Positions 38,468 to 51,745 of a stretch of DNA of 64,000 nucleotides are shown here, piece after piece. The notes under the pieces are model-generated. The model was not told the origin of the DNA. It did no database searches and saw only the letters and a list, made by a program, of their open reading frames with translations. Origin of the DNA: Octopus sinensis (lineage: Eukaryota); the NCBI RefSeq assembly GCF_006345805.1, contig NC_043010.1, positions 20,274,001 to 20,338,000 of the forward strand. Reading direction: 5' to 3'. The position numbers and the translations under genes are program-made. Position 1 is the first letter of the stretch; every line of letters begins with the position of its first letter.

Positions 38468-39624
38468 GAATACATTTAGTGGAGGATATGAAAACCGTAT
38501 CCAGAGGAGGTACAGAAAACTTGAGAGACATTTTATTTTCAACATTTTTACAGGAAGTAAAAGAAAGAAAAACAAACATTAAAAGTATAAAAGAACAAAT
38601 AATTAAAGAACCTCCCCCCCCCCAACAATCTCACTAAGGAAACAGAAAAAGAAACAAAAAATGGTATGGAATTACACAGCCAGCAACAGATGGTGGTGGT
38701 TGAGAGTTTCAGGTTGCACAGCCCAGAACAAATGGCAGGGTCAGCTGCACCTCATGGACATGATAGCAAAGGCATGTCAGTGACACTTATTGCAACAGCT
38801 GCTCCACCTTGTGGTGAGTCATTTCTCAAATGTTTTGCAGAAGCCAAAAAATATCAATACTATTTGTAGGTGAATAATTAACATCGTTACAGGAGTGACC
38901 ATGAAATTTAATTACGCAGCCAAAGGATAAATGTTATGAAGGCAGTTTGGTTTCTCTTGAGGTTTTCTCTCTCAATCCTTGCCACTAACGAGACCCTAAA
39001 CTGCTATGATTAGCGTATAAAACGGAGAAGAAGAAACAACAATGAGAATAAGCAGAGAAGAAATGTTCAGTCACTCAGTGCGAAGTTTTATCTCGATAAC
39101 CTCAAGGTTACTTATTAGGATTTTCGATCGAAAACAACTGGTGATTTATTTAACAATGGGGCTGTATTTCATAAGCTCTTGCTAACAATACAACCATAAT
39201 TGAGTAAATATTCACATCTTCTTAAAATATTAGTTTGTGTGAACAAGGAGAATTTATTAATTAAGACCATTTAGAATATTAAAGCCCTTCTTTGCTGATA
39301 TAACGATTGAAAGTGGGCTTATCAAGAGTTAATATTGATTGAGTTTGCTGTCATTGTTATCTTTCAAGATTGTAAACACTCCACGATGAATGAACGCAAT
39401 GAGTTTGTGTGATTCTACGCAGAGAAATTCCAAAAGCTCTATTTGGCAAATCAGTGAATCGGAAACCTTAAGAGATTTTTTTCTTTTTGATAAAGAAATT
39501 TCTCGAGTCAGAAGTAAATTGAGATAATGCTGTTGGGGAAAAGTTTAGCATGCACAAAACAACAAACAACAAATACACAATATACAATGTGATACAAGAG
39601 ATCTGGGCACATAGAATAACTAAG

Positions 39625-40683
<1,059 letters not shown>

Positions 40684-40784
40684 ATTAATCAATATAGGGT
40701 GGCAAAAAATTTTGTAGAATTCTTTTGCCACCAGCGGCCTAGTGGGAAAAAATTAAATAGTCATAGACCATTTTTAAGTTCAAC

Positions 40785-41401
40785 ATCACAATCAAGGAAC
40801 GGCCATAATAGGCCATTCACCCACTAGAAATAACAGCCAAAGCTTCAACCGCAAAATAACATTAATTCCGTAAACCAGGAGAAAATTAAAAAACATTTAC
40901 CCTGTAATTTCTTATACGATGCACCGTTTCATCTACTGTTTAATGGTAAACTAACCTGATTAAATTAAATCAAGCCAATCTTCCATAGGCCCTTAGATTC
41001 GTCAGTAAGAAATAGCCAGAATTTTCTGGTTAATTCCGTAATGGAATCGGCGGCTTATATTTATTTGCTGCCGATAAATTTGGCGCGAGTGCGACGATTT
41101 GAAAATTTTAGGTCAGATATTGCCGAGGCAGGGACAGAAATGCCTCGTGAAAATATCTGTTCCGATCTGGCTATTTCTTACTGACGAATCTAAGGGCCTA
41201 TGGAAGATTGGCTTGATTTAATTTAATCAGGTTAGTTTACCATTAAACAGTAGATGAAACGGTGCATCGTATAAGAAATTACACGGTAAATGTTTTTTAA
41301 TTTTCTCCTGGTTTACGGAATTAATGTTATTTTGCGGTTGAAGCTTTGGCTGTTATTTCTAGTGGGTGAATGGCCTATTATGGCCGTTCCTTGATTGTGA
41401 T
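40785..41401. mobile_element. Foldback element: 236-bp near-identical inverted arms, 145-bp spacer
   Basis: 40785-41020 is the reverse complement of 41166-41401; I saw one mismatch, near 40902. Confidence 0.92.
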
Positions 41402-41439
41402 ATATATATATACATATATATATATGTATATATGTATAT

Positions 41440-42660
41440 ATCATCATCATCATCATCATCGTTTAGCGTCCGCTTTCCATGCTAGCATTGGTTGGACGGG
41501 TCAACTGGGGTCTGTGAAGCTGGAAGGCTTCGTCAGGCCCTGTCAGATCTGGCAGTGTTTCTACGGCTGGATGCCCTTCCTAATGCCAACCACTCCGCGA
41601 GTGTAGTGGGTGTTTTTTATGTGCCACCTGCACAGGTGCCAGACAGAGCTGGCAACTGGCCACGAACGGACGGTGCTTTTACGTGTCACCGGCACGGGGG
41701 CCAGCCGAGGCTGGCAACGGACGCGAACGGATGGTGCTTTTACGTGCCACCGACACGGTTGCCAGACAGAGCTGGCAAACGGCCACGTGCGGACGGTGCT
41801 TTTACGTGTCACCGGCACGGGGGCCAGCCGAGGCTGGCAACGGACATGAACGGATGGTGCTTTTACGTGCCACCGACACGGGGCCAGACAGAGCTAGCAA
41901 ACGGCCACGAACGGACGGTGCTTTTACGTGCCACCGACACGGGGCCAGACAGAGCTGGCAAACGGCCACGAGCGGACGGTGCTTTTATGTGTCACCGGCA
42001 CGGGGGCCAGCCGAGGCTGGCAACGGACACGAATAGATGGTGCTTTTACGTGTCACCGACATGGGGCCAGACAGAGCTGGCAAACGGCCACGAACGGACG
42101 GTGCTTTTACGTGTCACCGGCACGGGGCCAGGTGAGGCTGGCAACGAACACGAACGGATGGTGCTTTTACGTGCCACCGACAGGGGCCAGGCAGAGCTGG
42201 CAAACGGCCATGAGCGAATGGTGCTTTTACGTATCACCGGCACGGGTGCCAGATGAGGCTGACAGCGGACACGAACGGATGGGTCACTTAACCCCTGCTT
42301 TCTGATATATGATTTGATTTTGATTGTTCTCACTGGTCTTGCCGGGTCTTCTCACGCACAGCATACTTCCATAGGTCTCGGTCTCTGGTCATTTCCTTGG
42401 TGAGACCTAGAGTTCGAAGGTCGTGCTTCACCACCTCGACCCAGGTTTTCCTGGGTCTACCTCTTCCACAGGTCCCCTCAACTGCCAGGGTGTGGCACTT
42501 TTTCACACACCTATCTTCATCCATTCTCACCACATGACCATACCAGCGCAATCGTCTCTCTTGCACACAACATCTGATTCCTCTTAGGTCCAACTTTTCT
42601 CTCAAGGTACTTACACTCTGTCGACTATGAACACTGACATTACACATCCAACGGAGCATA
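41440..42660 (-). mobile_element. 5'-truncated RTE LINE with an 11-unit about 61-bp array in its 3' UTR
   Basis: ORF2 end [38 protein letters not shown]; array at about 41610-42290; (CAT)n tail. Confidence 0.92.
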
Positions 42661-42662
42661 TG

Positions 42663-42695
<33 letters not shown>

Positions 42696-42827
42696 ATACA
42701 TACATACATATATGCATGTATATACATATATATGTATATATATGTATATATATGTATGTATATATACATATATAAGTATGTATGTATATATACATATATG
42801 TGTATGTATGTATATATATAAATGTAC

Positions 42828-42927
<100 letters not shown>

Positions 42928-43084
42928 GAATAAATATATTAAAGGTGCATGGCCAAGTGGTTAGGTGTGTTGCACTCCTGATTGTAAGATCATGGTTTCA
43001 ATCCCCAGACTGGCTGGGCATTGTGTTCTTTTGCAAGTGAAGCCTCGTCACCAAACAACAGAGAGCCTAAGGTATTTTTCGATG

Positions 43085-43205
43085 TTATTATTATTATTAT
43101 TATTATTATCATTATTCAGGTCACTGCCTAGAATTGAACTTGGAATCTTGGGGTTAGTAGTCCGTGCTCTTAACTACTATGCCTTATGCCCACGGGCATA
43201 TGCCG
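43085..43205 (-). mobile_element. Short tRNA-like SINE or pseudo-tRNA with (AAT)n tail
   Basis: GGCATAGTAGTTAAGAGC...CCAAGTTCAATTC (A/B-box-like) then TGAATAATGATAATAAT. Confidence 0.55.
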
Positions 43206-45538
43206 TAGTGGTACTGGTTATTGTTCTCTATACTATCATCAACTCTACTAAGTCAGACTTATGGTAACTGGAACTCTATTGTTTATGAGGACAAGGGTTC
43301 CAGCTGATCCAATCAAAAAGAACAGTCTGCTCATGAAACTAACGTGCAAGTGGCTGAGTACTCCACAGACACGTGCACACTTAATGTAGTTCTCAGGGAG
43401 GTTCAGTGTGACACAGATTGTGATGAGACTGGCCCCATTGAATTACAGGTAGAACTCTTTTTTGCCCGCTGAATGGACTGGAGCAATGTGAAATGAAAAG
43501 TCTTGCTGAAGTACACGATGTATTGCCAGGAATTGAACTCATGCCCTCACGATAATGTGGTGAATACCCTAACCACTACACCAGTTGTTCTCAACCGGGG
43601 TCTATATGGATTATTATTATTATTATTATTATTATGATATTTACCCTACATCAGAACAGCACAACTTGCTACAACCCCAAAAAACCTGCTCTTGCCAGTT
43701 GGTCCATATAAGATTTTTGGGGTCCACATAGCAAAATAGTAAATTGGGGATCTGCAATAGTATTTTAAATGCCCCTTTGAAAAAATTTTGCTTTAGATGT
43801 ATGTATTGGTATGTATTGCCAAAAACAGCCGGGTTTTGTTGTAACATTTTACGTAGTTCAAGCTACACAAGTTAATGCCTGAAAAACTAAATAGAAATTT
43901 TGAAACAATTATCTATAAAATTAGTTTTTAAACATCAAATGCCTATGGGGGTCCACCCGAATGATATAATAAACAAAGGAGTCCATAGCTAAAAAATGGT
44001 TGAGAACCCCTGCGCTAAGCAATGTGGCTTATGGTACATTTTGGATCAATATCATTGTGAGGCACCTTCAGCTACTTTGTCTTGCAAAGTCTCTGGTTGG
44101 CCAAAACCTTATGAATAAAATTTGCTAAGCAGATACGGCATAATATCTTGATGGACAGGTCACATCTATTTTTAGGTAAAATACTTAATTTGTTGCCAAC
44201 TTTTACACAATCACCTGGACTTTCGGTGCTTTGAGCAATCCATTGCAACGATTTAGACCAGGTTTCTGGTTTGAAAATAATTTTTTTTCCTTTCTTTCAT
44301 GAAAAAGGTCAAGAGTGCTGCTTTCTTCTGAGATTATATATAGAGGACAGTCACTAACAATGAAGAAAATCTTCAAAGCTGAAGTCCACTTCTCAAAATT
44401 CTTGGGACCATTTTAGGCAATTTTGCTCACTCAAAACTCCCTGATACAATTCCTGAATATTTTTCTCCACAATGGCAACAGAGCTGCTGGTTTTAAGCTT
44501 ATGAATCTTAAGCTCTCTTAATTGATTATTGATAACCTCAAAGGCTGTGATCAATTATTCAAGCAGTTACAAAGGTAGACATTCTGGGATATGTGTATAC
44601 ACATAGGCGCAGAAGTGGCTGTGTGGTAAGTAGCTTGCTTACCAATCACATGGTTCCAGGTTCAGTTCCACTGTGTGGCACCTTGAGCAAGTGTCTTCTA
44701 CGATAGCCTCGGGCCCACCAAAGCCTTGTGAGTGGATTTGGTAGACAGAAACAGAAAGAAGCCTGTCGTATATATGTGTGTGTGTGTGTTTATTTGTCCC
44801 ATCACCCAACATCACTTGATAACCGATGTTGGAGTGTTTACATCCTTGTACCTTAACGGTTCAGCAAAAGAGACTGATAGAATAAGTACTAGGCCTACAA
44901 AGATTAAGTCCTGGGATCGATTTGTACGTCTAAAAGTGGTGCTCCAGCATGGCCACAGTCAAATGACTGAAACAAGTAAAAGAATAAAAGAACACACACA
45001 CGTATGGCTGTGTGATGAAAAAGTTCATTTTGCAGCTGTGTAGTTTTGGGTTCAGTCCCAATACATGGCACTTTGGCCAAACATCTTCTACTACAACCCT
45101 GAGCTGACTGAGGCTTTCTGAGTGAATTTAGTTCACAAAACTTACAGCGAAACTCATTGCATATCTACCTATCTATCTGCTTATCTCTCTCTCTCTCTCC
45201 CTCTATCTATCTGTCAACCTGTCTGTCTATCTATCTATGTGTCTATCTTTCTATCTATTTATCAATCTATCTATCTATCTGTATATATATATATACACAC
45301 ACACATACATACAACTCATGCCAGCATGGAAAGCATATGGTAAATAATGATGATGTATGTATGGGCATATGGTTTGGATTTCCTAAGAATATGCTCAGGG
45401 CTGACCTGAATGTAAACAATAATCACAACAGAGCAGTAATACAATTGATAAGTAAACAAAATATAGTGACAAGTAAACAAAACAACAAAAGCTACACAAA
45501 GATAGACAGAGACAGATATATAATATTATAATATATAT

Positions 45539-45570
<32 letters not shown>

Positions 45571-45607
45571 GTGTATGTATGTATGTATATATATATATAT
45601 ATATATA

Positions 45608-46412
45608 CTAGCAGCATAGCCCGGCGTTGCCCGGGTATGTAAGAGCCCCTAGTAGGCAACGACTAATCCCAATCTAGTCCTTTCCCTAGAGTTGACCGTG
45701 GGCGAAGCTCTGTTCGCCCAACTGTAACCCAGCGACTTGTAGCGTTTGGCCTTGGGATTTATTGATGGACATTGCGAAGCAGAGTTTAACAGGAAACTGA
45801 GAACGCCTGAAGTGGATTGGTATGTCAGCGCCCGACGGTTGAAGGTGCATGTGTGGAATGAAGACGTCCTCTCCCTTCCCACAACCGGTAAGTATTGTGG
45901 CTGTTATTAAATGTGGTGGCAAATGTTTCACAACCAGACGTGTGCCGTTGTACTGTTTAGGTGGAACCAAATTCCTGATGAGCATAATGGGCGCACCGAC
46001 TTTAAACTTCAGGATGTGTGGAGGCAGGCCTGGCGGTTCAAGTGAATTCTGGAATTCAACAGGATAATCGGCAAGCTCGGCGGGGTCTGCTGTCCTATCA
46101 ATAGATTTGTATACGTGGACATCACCAGGAATAGCTTCAAGTAGCTGGATATTGATGGAGTTGAGAGTTAAAAAGGTCGAGTTGCATCCCCTAGACAGTC
46201 TGTGGTTTGTGTTTCTGATTCTCAACCCCATGTCAAATTTATCCATTTTTTCCAGAATTGGGGGAACTTTTCAAAATTTTTGCTGCGTTAGTTTTGAATT
46301 ATGACATTGGGCTATGTGTGTGTCAAGTTTCATCAGAATCAGTTGAAAGCTGTGGTCAGGGTGAGGGTACAACCCGACAGACACACAGACAGACAAACTG
46401 CCATTTATATAT
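45608..46412 (-). mobile_element. Internally deleted Helitron retaining a PIF1-like helicase segment
   Basis: 3' hairpin CCCGGGCAACGCCGGG then CTAG|T at 45608. Helicase motifs YPVEFQNSL.PPGLPPH.L..KVGAPIMLIRNL, NGTRL, QFPVKLCFAMSINKSQGQTL, HGQL. The 5' end lies in the (TA)n near 46410. Confidence 0.9.
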
Positions 46413-46413
46413 A

Positions 46414-46453
<40 letters not shown>

Positions 46454-47782
46454 TACATACACACACACACACATATACACATATACATATATGTCAAGCA
46501 GCCATGTGGTCAATGCCACTGCTGCCTGACTGGCTTCCATGCCAGTGGTATGTAGAAAGCACCCACTACACTCTCAGAGTGGTTGGCATTAGGGAGGGCA
46601 TCCAGCTGTAGAAACACTGCCAGATCAGATTGGAGCCTGGTACAGCCTTCTGGCTTGCCAGTCCTCAAACCGTCCAACTCATGCCAGCATGGAAAGCGGA
46701 GGTTAAAGGATGGCAACGACAATGATGATATACATATATACATATGTATATAATATATATATATATATATATATGTAAATGGATGAATGAATTATCCTTT
46801 GTTTACCGTTAACATGGAAAATTCAATAAACAGTTCATGCAAGTAACAAGGATGTAGCGGCCTATTCAAAGGTAGAAACTCCGGTTAATGTACAGTAATT
46901 TGTGTAGTATAAATAAATATTCAGATGCTATTCAAATTCTTTTACTTTCGACATATGTTTCGAAGACAACATTTGTTTTATTCTAAAGGAATAAACGGTG
47001 TAAAATGCAATCTTCTCATCAGGATAGAAAGAGAGCCTATCTCAACAACAAGACATTATAACACTTACGATGACTGCATTATCAGTTTATCATTTATGCA
47101 GTCATCGAAATTGTTATAGCATCTGCGTTCAACTCCATTTATTTACTTATATATATATAAGGCGCAGGAGTGGCTGTATGGTAAGTAGCTTGCTAACCAA
47201 CCACATGGTTCCGAGTTCAGTCCCATTGCGTGGCATCTTGGGCAAGTGTCTTCGGCTATAGCCCCGGGCCGACCAATGCCTTGTGAATGAATTTGGTAGA
47301 CAGAAACTGAAAGAAGCCTGTCGTATATATGTATATATATATATATGTGTGTATGTGTGTGTGTTTGTGTGTTTGTCCCCCTGGCATTGCTTGACAACTG
47401 ATGCTGGTGTGTTTACGTCCCCGTCACTTAGCAGTTCGGCAAAAAGAGACCGATAGAATAAGTACTGGGCTTACAAAGAATAAGTCCCGGGGTCGAGTTG
47501 CTCGACTAAAGGCAGTGCTCCAGCATGGCCGCAGTCAACTGACGGAAACAAGTAAAAGAGAGAAAAGAGTATATATAATATATATGCTTATATTAATGTA
47601 TGTATGTATGCATAAATATATATATATACATATACGTACATATATAATACATATATATATATATATAAACACACACACATATATATATAATATATATATA
47701 TGCTTATATTAATGTATGTATGTATGCATAAATATATATATATATATACATATACATACATATATAATACATATATATAAAT

Positions 47783-47863
<81 letters not shown>

Positions 47864-48886
47864 ATGAGGGAGAGAGAGAGACTTGATTAATGTTTTTTGT
47901 AGATAAAAGTAATTTAAGAGCGAGTGTCAATATTAACAACAGATATTAATGAGTGAGAGAATAAATGGGGGCTGGGAAACAGACTGAACAAACCTCGTTA
48001 AGTTATGATGATTCGTTAATCCATCAATGTCGAGCTAAGAGAGTTCAGTTTCTATGTTATGATACAAAGATACCTTTAAGATGCGTGTACACAGGAATAT
48101 ATGTCAATGTATACATATACATATGCATACACACACACATACACGTAAACATGTACACATATATACACATACATGTATGTATGTATCTTTATGCCAATAT
48201 GTATGTAAGTGTATGTGTATATGTATACATGTGTGTGTGTGTGCATATGTGTGTGTGCGTATATACTAGTGTATGTGCCTATATGAACATATGTGCGTGT
48301 GAGGTGTGTGTGGGTGTATGAGTGTGTGTATGTATACAAGAAAGAGTGTGTGTGTGTGTATGTATATATGAGTGTATGTGCCTATACAAGTGTATGTGTG
48401 TGTGTGGGTGTACGAGTGTGTGTGTGTGTATATATATTCGAGTGTATGTGCCTATATGAATGTGAGTGTATGTGTGGATGTGTGTGTGTGTATGTATATA
48501 TACATACAAGAAAGAGTGTGTGTGAGTGTGTGTGGGCGTACGCAAGTGGTTACACTGTTATGAGCGCGTATCATTAACACTCGAGTAAACGTTATGACAC
48601 GCAAGACAAACAATCTCTTCCCAACCAGGCAAAATGTCCATATTAAGTGTCTGTATCACTGCACTGGTGCAGTTACGTCAATGCATTATGGTTGCAACAG
48701 AATCCACAAAATGTTTAGTTTTCACTTAAATACCAGCTTTGATTACAAAACGAAAAAACACCAAATCTACCATTCTTCATTTTCAAAACATTTTCTGCTT
48801 AAATGGAAATCCTCAACGAGAATCATTCAGAAACAAATGAGTCTTTTTGTTTCTTGTTTTTTTACTGTAAAACCTGACCAGCACAA

Positions 48887-49560
48887 TTTTGATTTCTGAT
48901 AAATAGCATAAGCCTGTATATTTTGATTTCTGATAATCACATAAGCCTGTATATTTTGATTTCTGATAATTGCATAAGCCTGTATATTTTGATTTCTGAT
49001 AATCACATAAGCCTGTATATTTTGATTTCTGATAATCGCATAAGCCTGTATATATTGATTTCTGATAATCGCATAAGCCTGTATATTTTGATTTCTGATA
49101 ATCTAACACCATCCGAGCGTGGCCGTCTGCCAGCCTCGCCTGGCACCTGTGTTGTTGGCACATAAAATCACCCACTACACTCTCAGAGTGGTTGGCGTTA
49201 GGAAGGGCATCCAGCTGTAGAAACACTGCCAGATCTGACTGGCCTGGTGCAGCCTTCGGGCTTGCCAGACCCCAGTTGAACCGTCCAACCCATGCTAGCA
49301 TTGAAAGCGGACATTAAACGATGATGATGATGATGATGATGACATAAGCCTGTATATTTTGATTTCTGATAATCACATAAGCCTGTATATTTTGATTTCT
49401 GATAATTGCATAAGCCTGTATATTTTGATTTCTGATAATCGCATAAGCCTGTATATATTGATTTCTGATAATAGTGTAAAGCCAAATATTTTGATTTCTG
49501 ATAATCGCATAAGCCTGTATATTTTGATTTCTGATAATAGTGTAAAGCCAAATATTTTGG
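48887..49560. repeat. 33-bp minisatellite split by an RTE 3' fragment (49104-49341, +)
   Basis: Unit AAGCCTGTATATTTTGATTTCTGATAATCRCAT, about 6.5 copies on each side. Confidence 0.92.
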
Positions 49561-50602
49561 ATGATAGCAGTTGGTGGTTGTAGTGGTGTAACGGATTTGA
49601 AATTGGATTCTTGGATACATGATCAAACATTACAACAAACCACCATAGTTTCGTGTGGTTGGTCTGTTAACTGACAAATCAATGTGAAGTGATGGCATGC
49701 ACATGTTTTCTCAAATATTCTATAATTTGACTTTTGGTTCCTTATAAAAACCATTTGAAGCATACTTTTACCAGTCAGACAACCCAGGAAGGTGGTTCAG
49801 ACAAATGGCACAAATAGATGACAAGAATCTCTGTTATCAAGCATATAGCACAATTGTTTCTAGTTATGTTGGGGGGCTGCTGCAAGTTGCAAGTAGTATT
49901 TCTATCCAAGTATGTAATTATTGCTGTTATCTGTAAAGAGCCAATGCAGTTTGTCTTTATGTGTGTTAATAAAATCTTCTGTTAAATGTTTGCAGGTGTT
50001 GTTCAGTTACTTATTCATTTAGCCCAAGAAACCTATTGTCATTCATCAACTCAATTAGTCACCACCACAGACCAGCCAACAGCTTACAGACTGTCACAGA
50101 GGATTATATTGCCCTCAATACATAACAGGTATTTTATTTTATCAATTTTGGAACAACGAAAACAATGTTGCCTGGAAGTCATAATTTGAACTCAAAACCT
50201 AAATGGTTATGAATAAATCTCAAAGATTCAAGATAATGCATGATTCATTCAAAACAATTTCTTTTATTCTTTCATTTGTTTCAATCATTTGACTGTGGCC
50301 ATGCTGGAGCACCACCTTTAGTTGAACAAATCGACCCCAGGACAAACATATACATAAATACATACATACACACATATATATATACACACACATACAGGGT
50401 GTGCATATATATACCTCCCACATTTGAAAGGTTGACAAAAGGAAATAGAAACAACATTTATGAAAAATTAATTATACTGTCGTTTAAACACAGGGTTAGA
50501 ATTTTTGTTCATTATATAAATGAAAACATCGTTAGCACTTGCATAAGTTCATTAGCAACACATAGGTTAAAGTTTAAAATGTGGGAGGTATTTCTGTGTA
50601 TA

Positions 50603-50640
<38 letters not shown>

Positions 50641-50890
50641 GAGCTTCTTTCAGTCTCCGTCTACCAAATCCACTCACAAGGCTTTGGTTCGCCTGAGGCT
50701 GTAGTAGAAGACACTTGCTCAAGGTGCCACACAGTGGGATTGAACTTGGAACTATGTTGGCTGGTAAGCAAGCTACTTACCACACAGCCACTCCTGCACC
50801 AATGTGAATGAATAAGCATTACATTTAACAAAATAATCTGAATGCTAAAGAGTGAAACTTTAAATGATTATAAGATAGAAACCAACTTAC

Positions 50891-51208
50891 CTGCATAGCC
50901 CTCGGCACTTAGTAGGTCACCGATTTCCTTGCGCCAGTTATAATAATCCCAATAAGCATCTCCAATTTTCTTTTGAAGCTTCATAGCTTCTCCGTGGTGA
51001 TAGTCCTCTAATTTCTCAAGTTCATGTACGAGTTCACGTATTGAATCTAAGACTTGATCCAACGTGTAACCTTTCGCAGATAACTTGCCATTACTGTATT
51101 GGTTTTTGGGTTGAGTCTTTGCTTTGTTTACGCCGTCTTTATTGGTAGATGTCAAACTCTCCATCTCATTTGTGACACTAGATGTGTCATTTAAACTCAC
51201 TGGTTCAT
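50891..51208 (-). CDS. Coding exon A of a minus-strand multi-exon gene (ARM-like helical protein); probable start ATG at 51164
   Basis: Acceptor ctatttttttcAG|, donor GCAG|GTAAGT. 318 nt, phase 1-1, open: EPVSLNDT...MESLTSTNK...LDQVLDSIRELVHELEKLEDYHHGEAMKLQKKIGDAYWDYYNWRKEIGDLLSAEGYA. Confidence 0.88.
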
Positions 51209-51557
51209 CTGAAAAAAATAGAAAGAGCCATAAAGAATCGACAAATCTCACAGTTAACCTCCTCCTTCTGTCATTCCTTTCTCTTAATTCCATCTCCCTC
51301 CCTCCCTCTCTCTCTCTTTCTCTCTCTATTTTCTTTGATTTTATTCTGTAAATGATTGACTAGCAGAAGAAATCAAATAACTGAATTAGCTTAGAGTTCA
51401 AAATGTGTCATGAGACAATTAATTCTTCTGCAGTGGAGGAATCTCTGTTCTTCTTTGGGTTTCACTATTTTATGGCAAGTGGAAAATATTCCAATATAGG
51501 CCAGCAAAGACTCAGGATAAGTTTCCAATTATTATGAATGGCAAGCGATTCCATTTA

Positions 51558-51649
<92 letters not shown>

Positions 51650-51663
51650 ATATTATATATGTA

Positions 51664-51745
<82 letters not shown>

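Noticed and set aside
41610-42290. Regularly spaced repeats resembling a CRISPR array (also 14700-15125 and 48887-49560)
   Set aside because: The intervening sequences are themselves repeats rather than unique spacers, there are no cas genes, and the arrays are LINE 3' UTR or minisatellite DNA in a eukaryotic intron.
41492-42305. 254-aa and overlapping ORFs with repeated motifs
   Set aside because: Antisense reading of the GC-rich RTE 3' UTR tandem array.
45686-46246. Host PIF1 helicase gene
   Set aside because: Only a partial domain, intronless, truncated at HGQL, and enclosed by Helitron termini.
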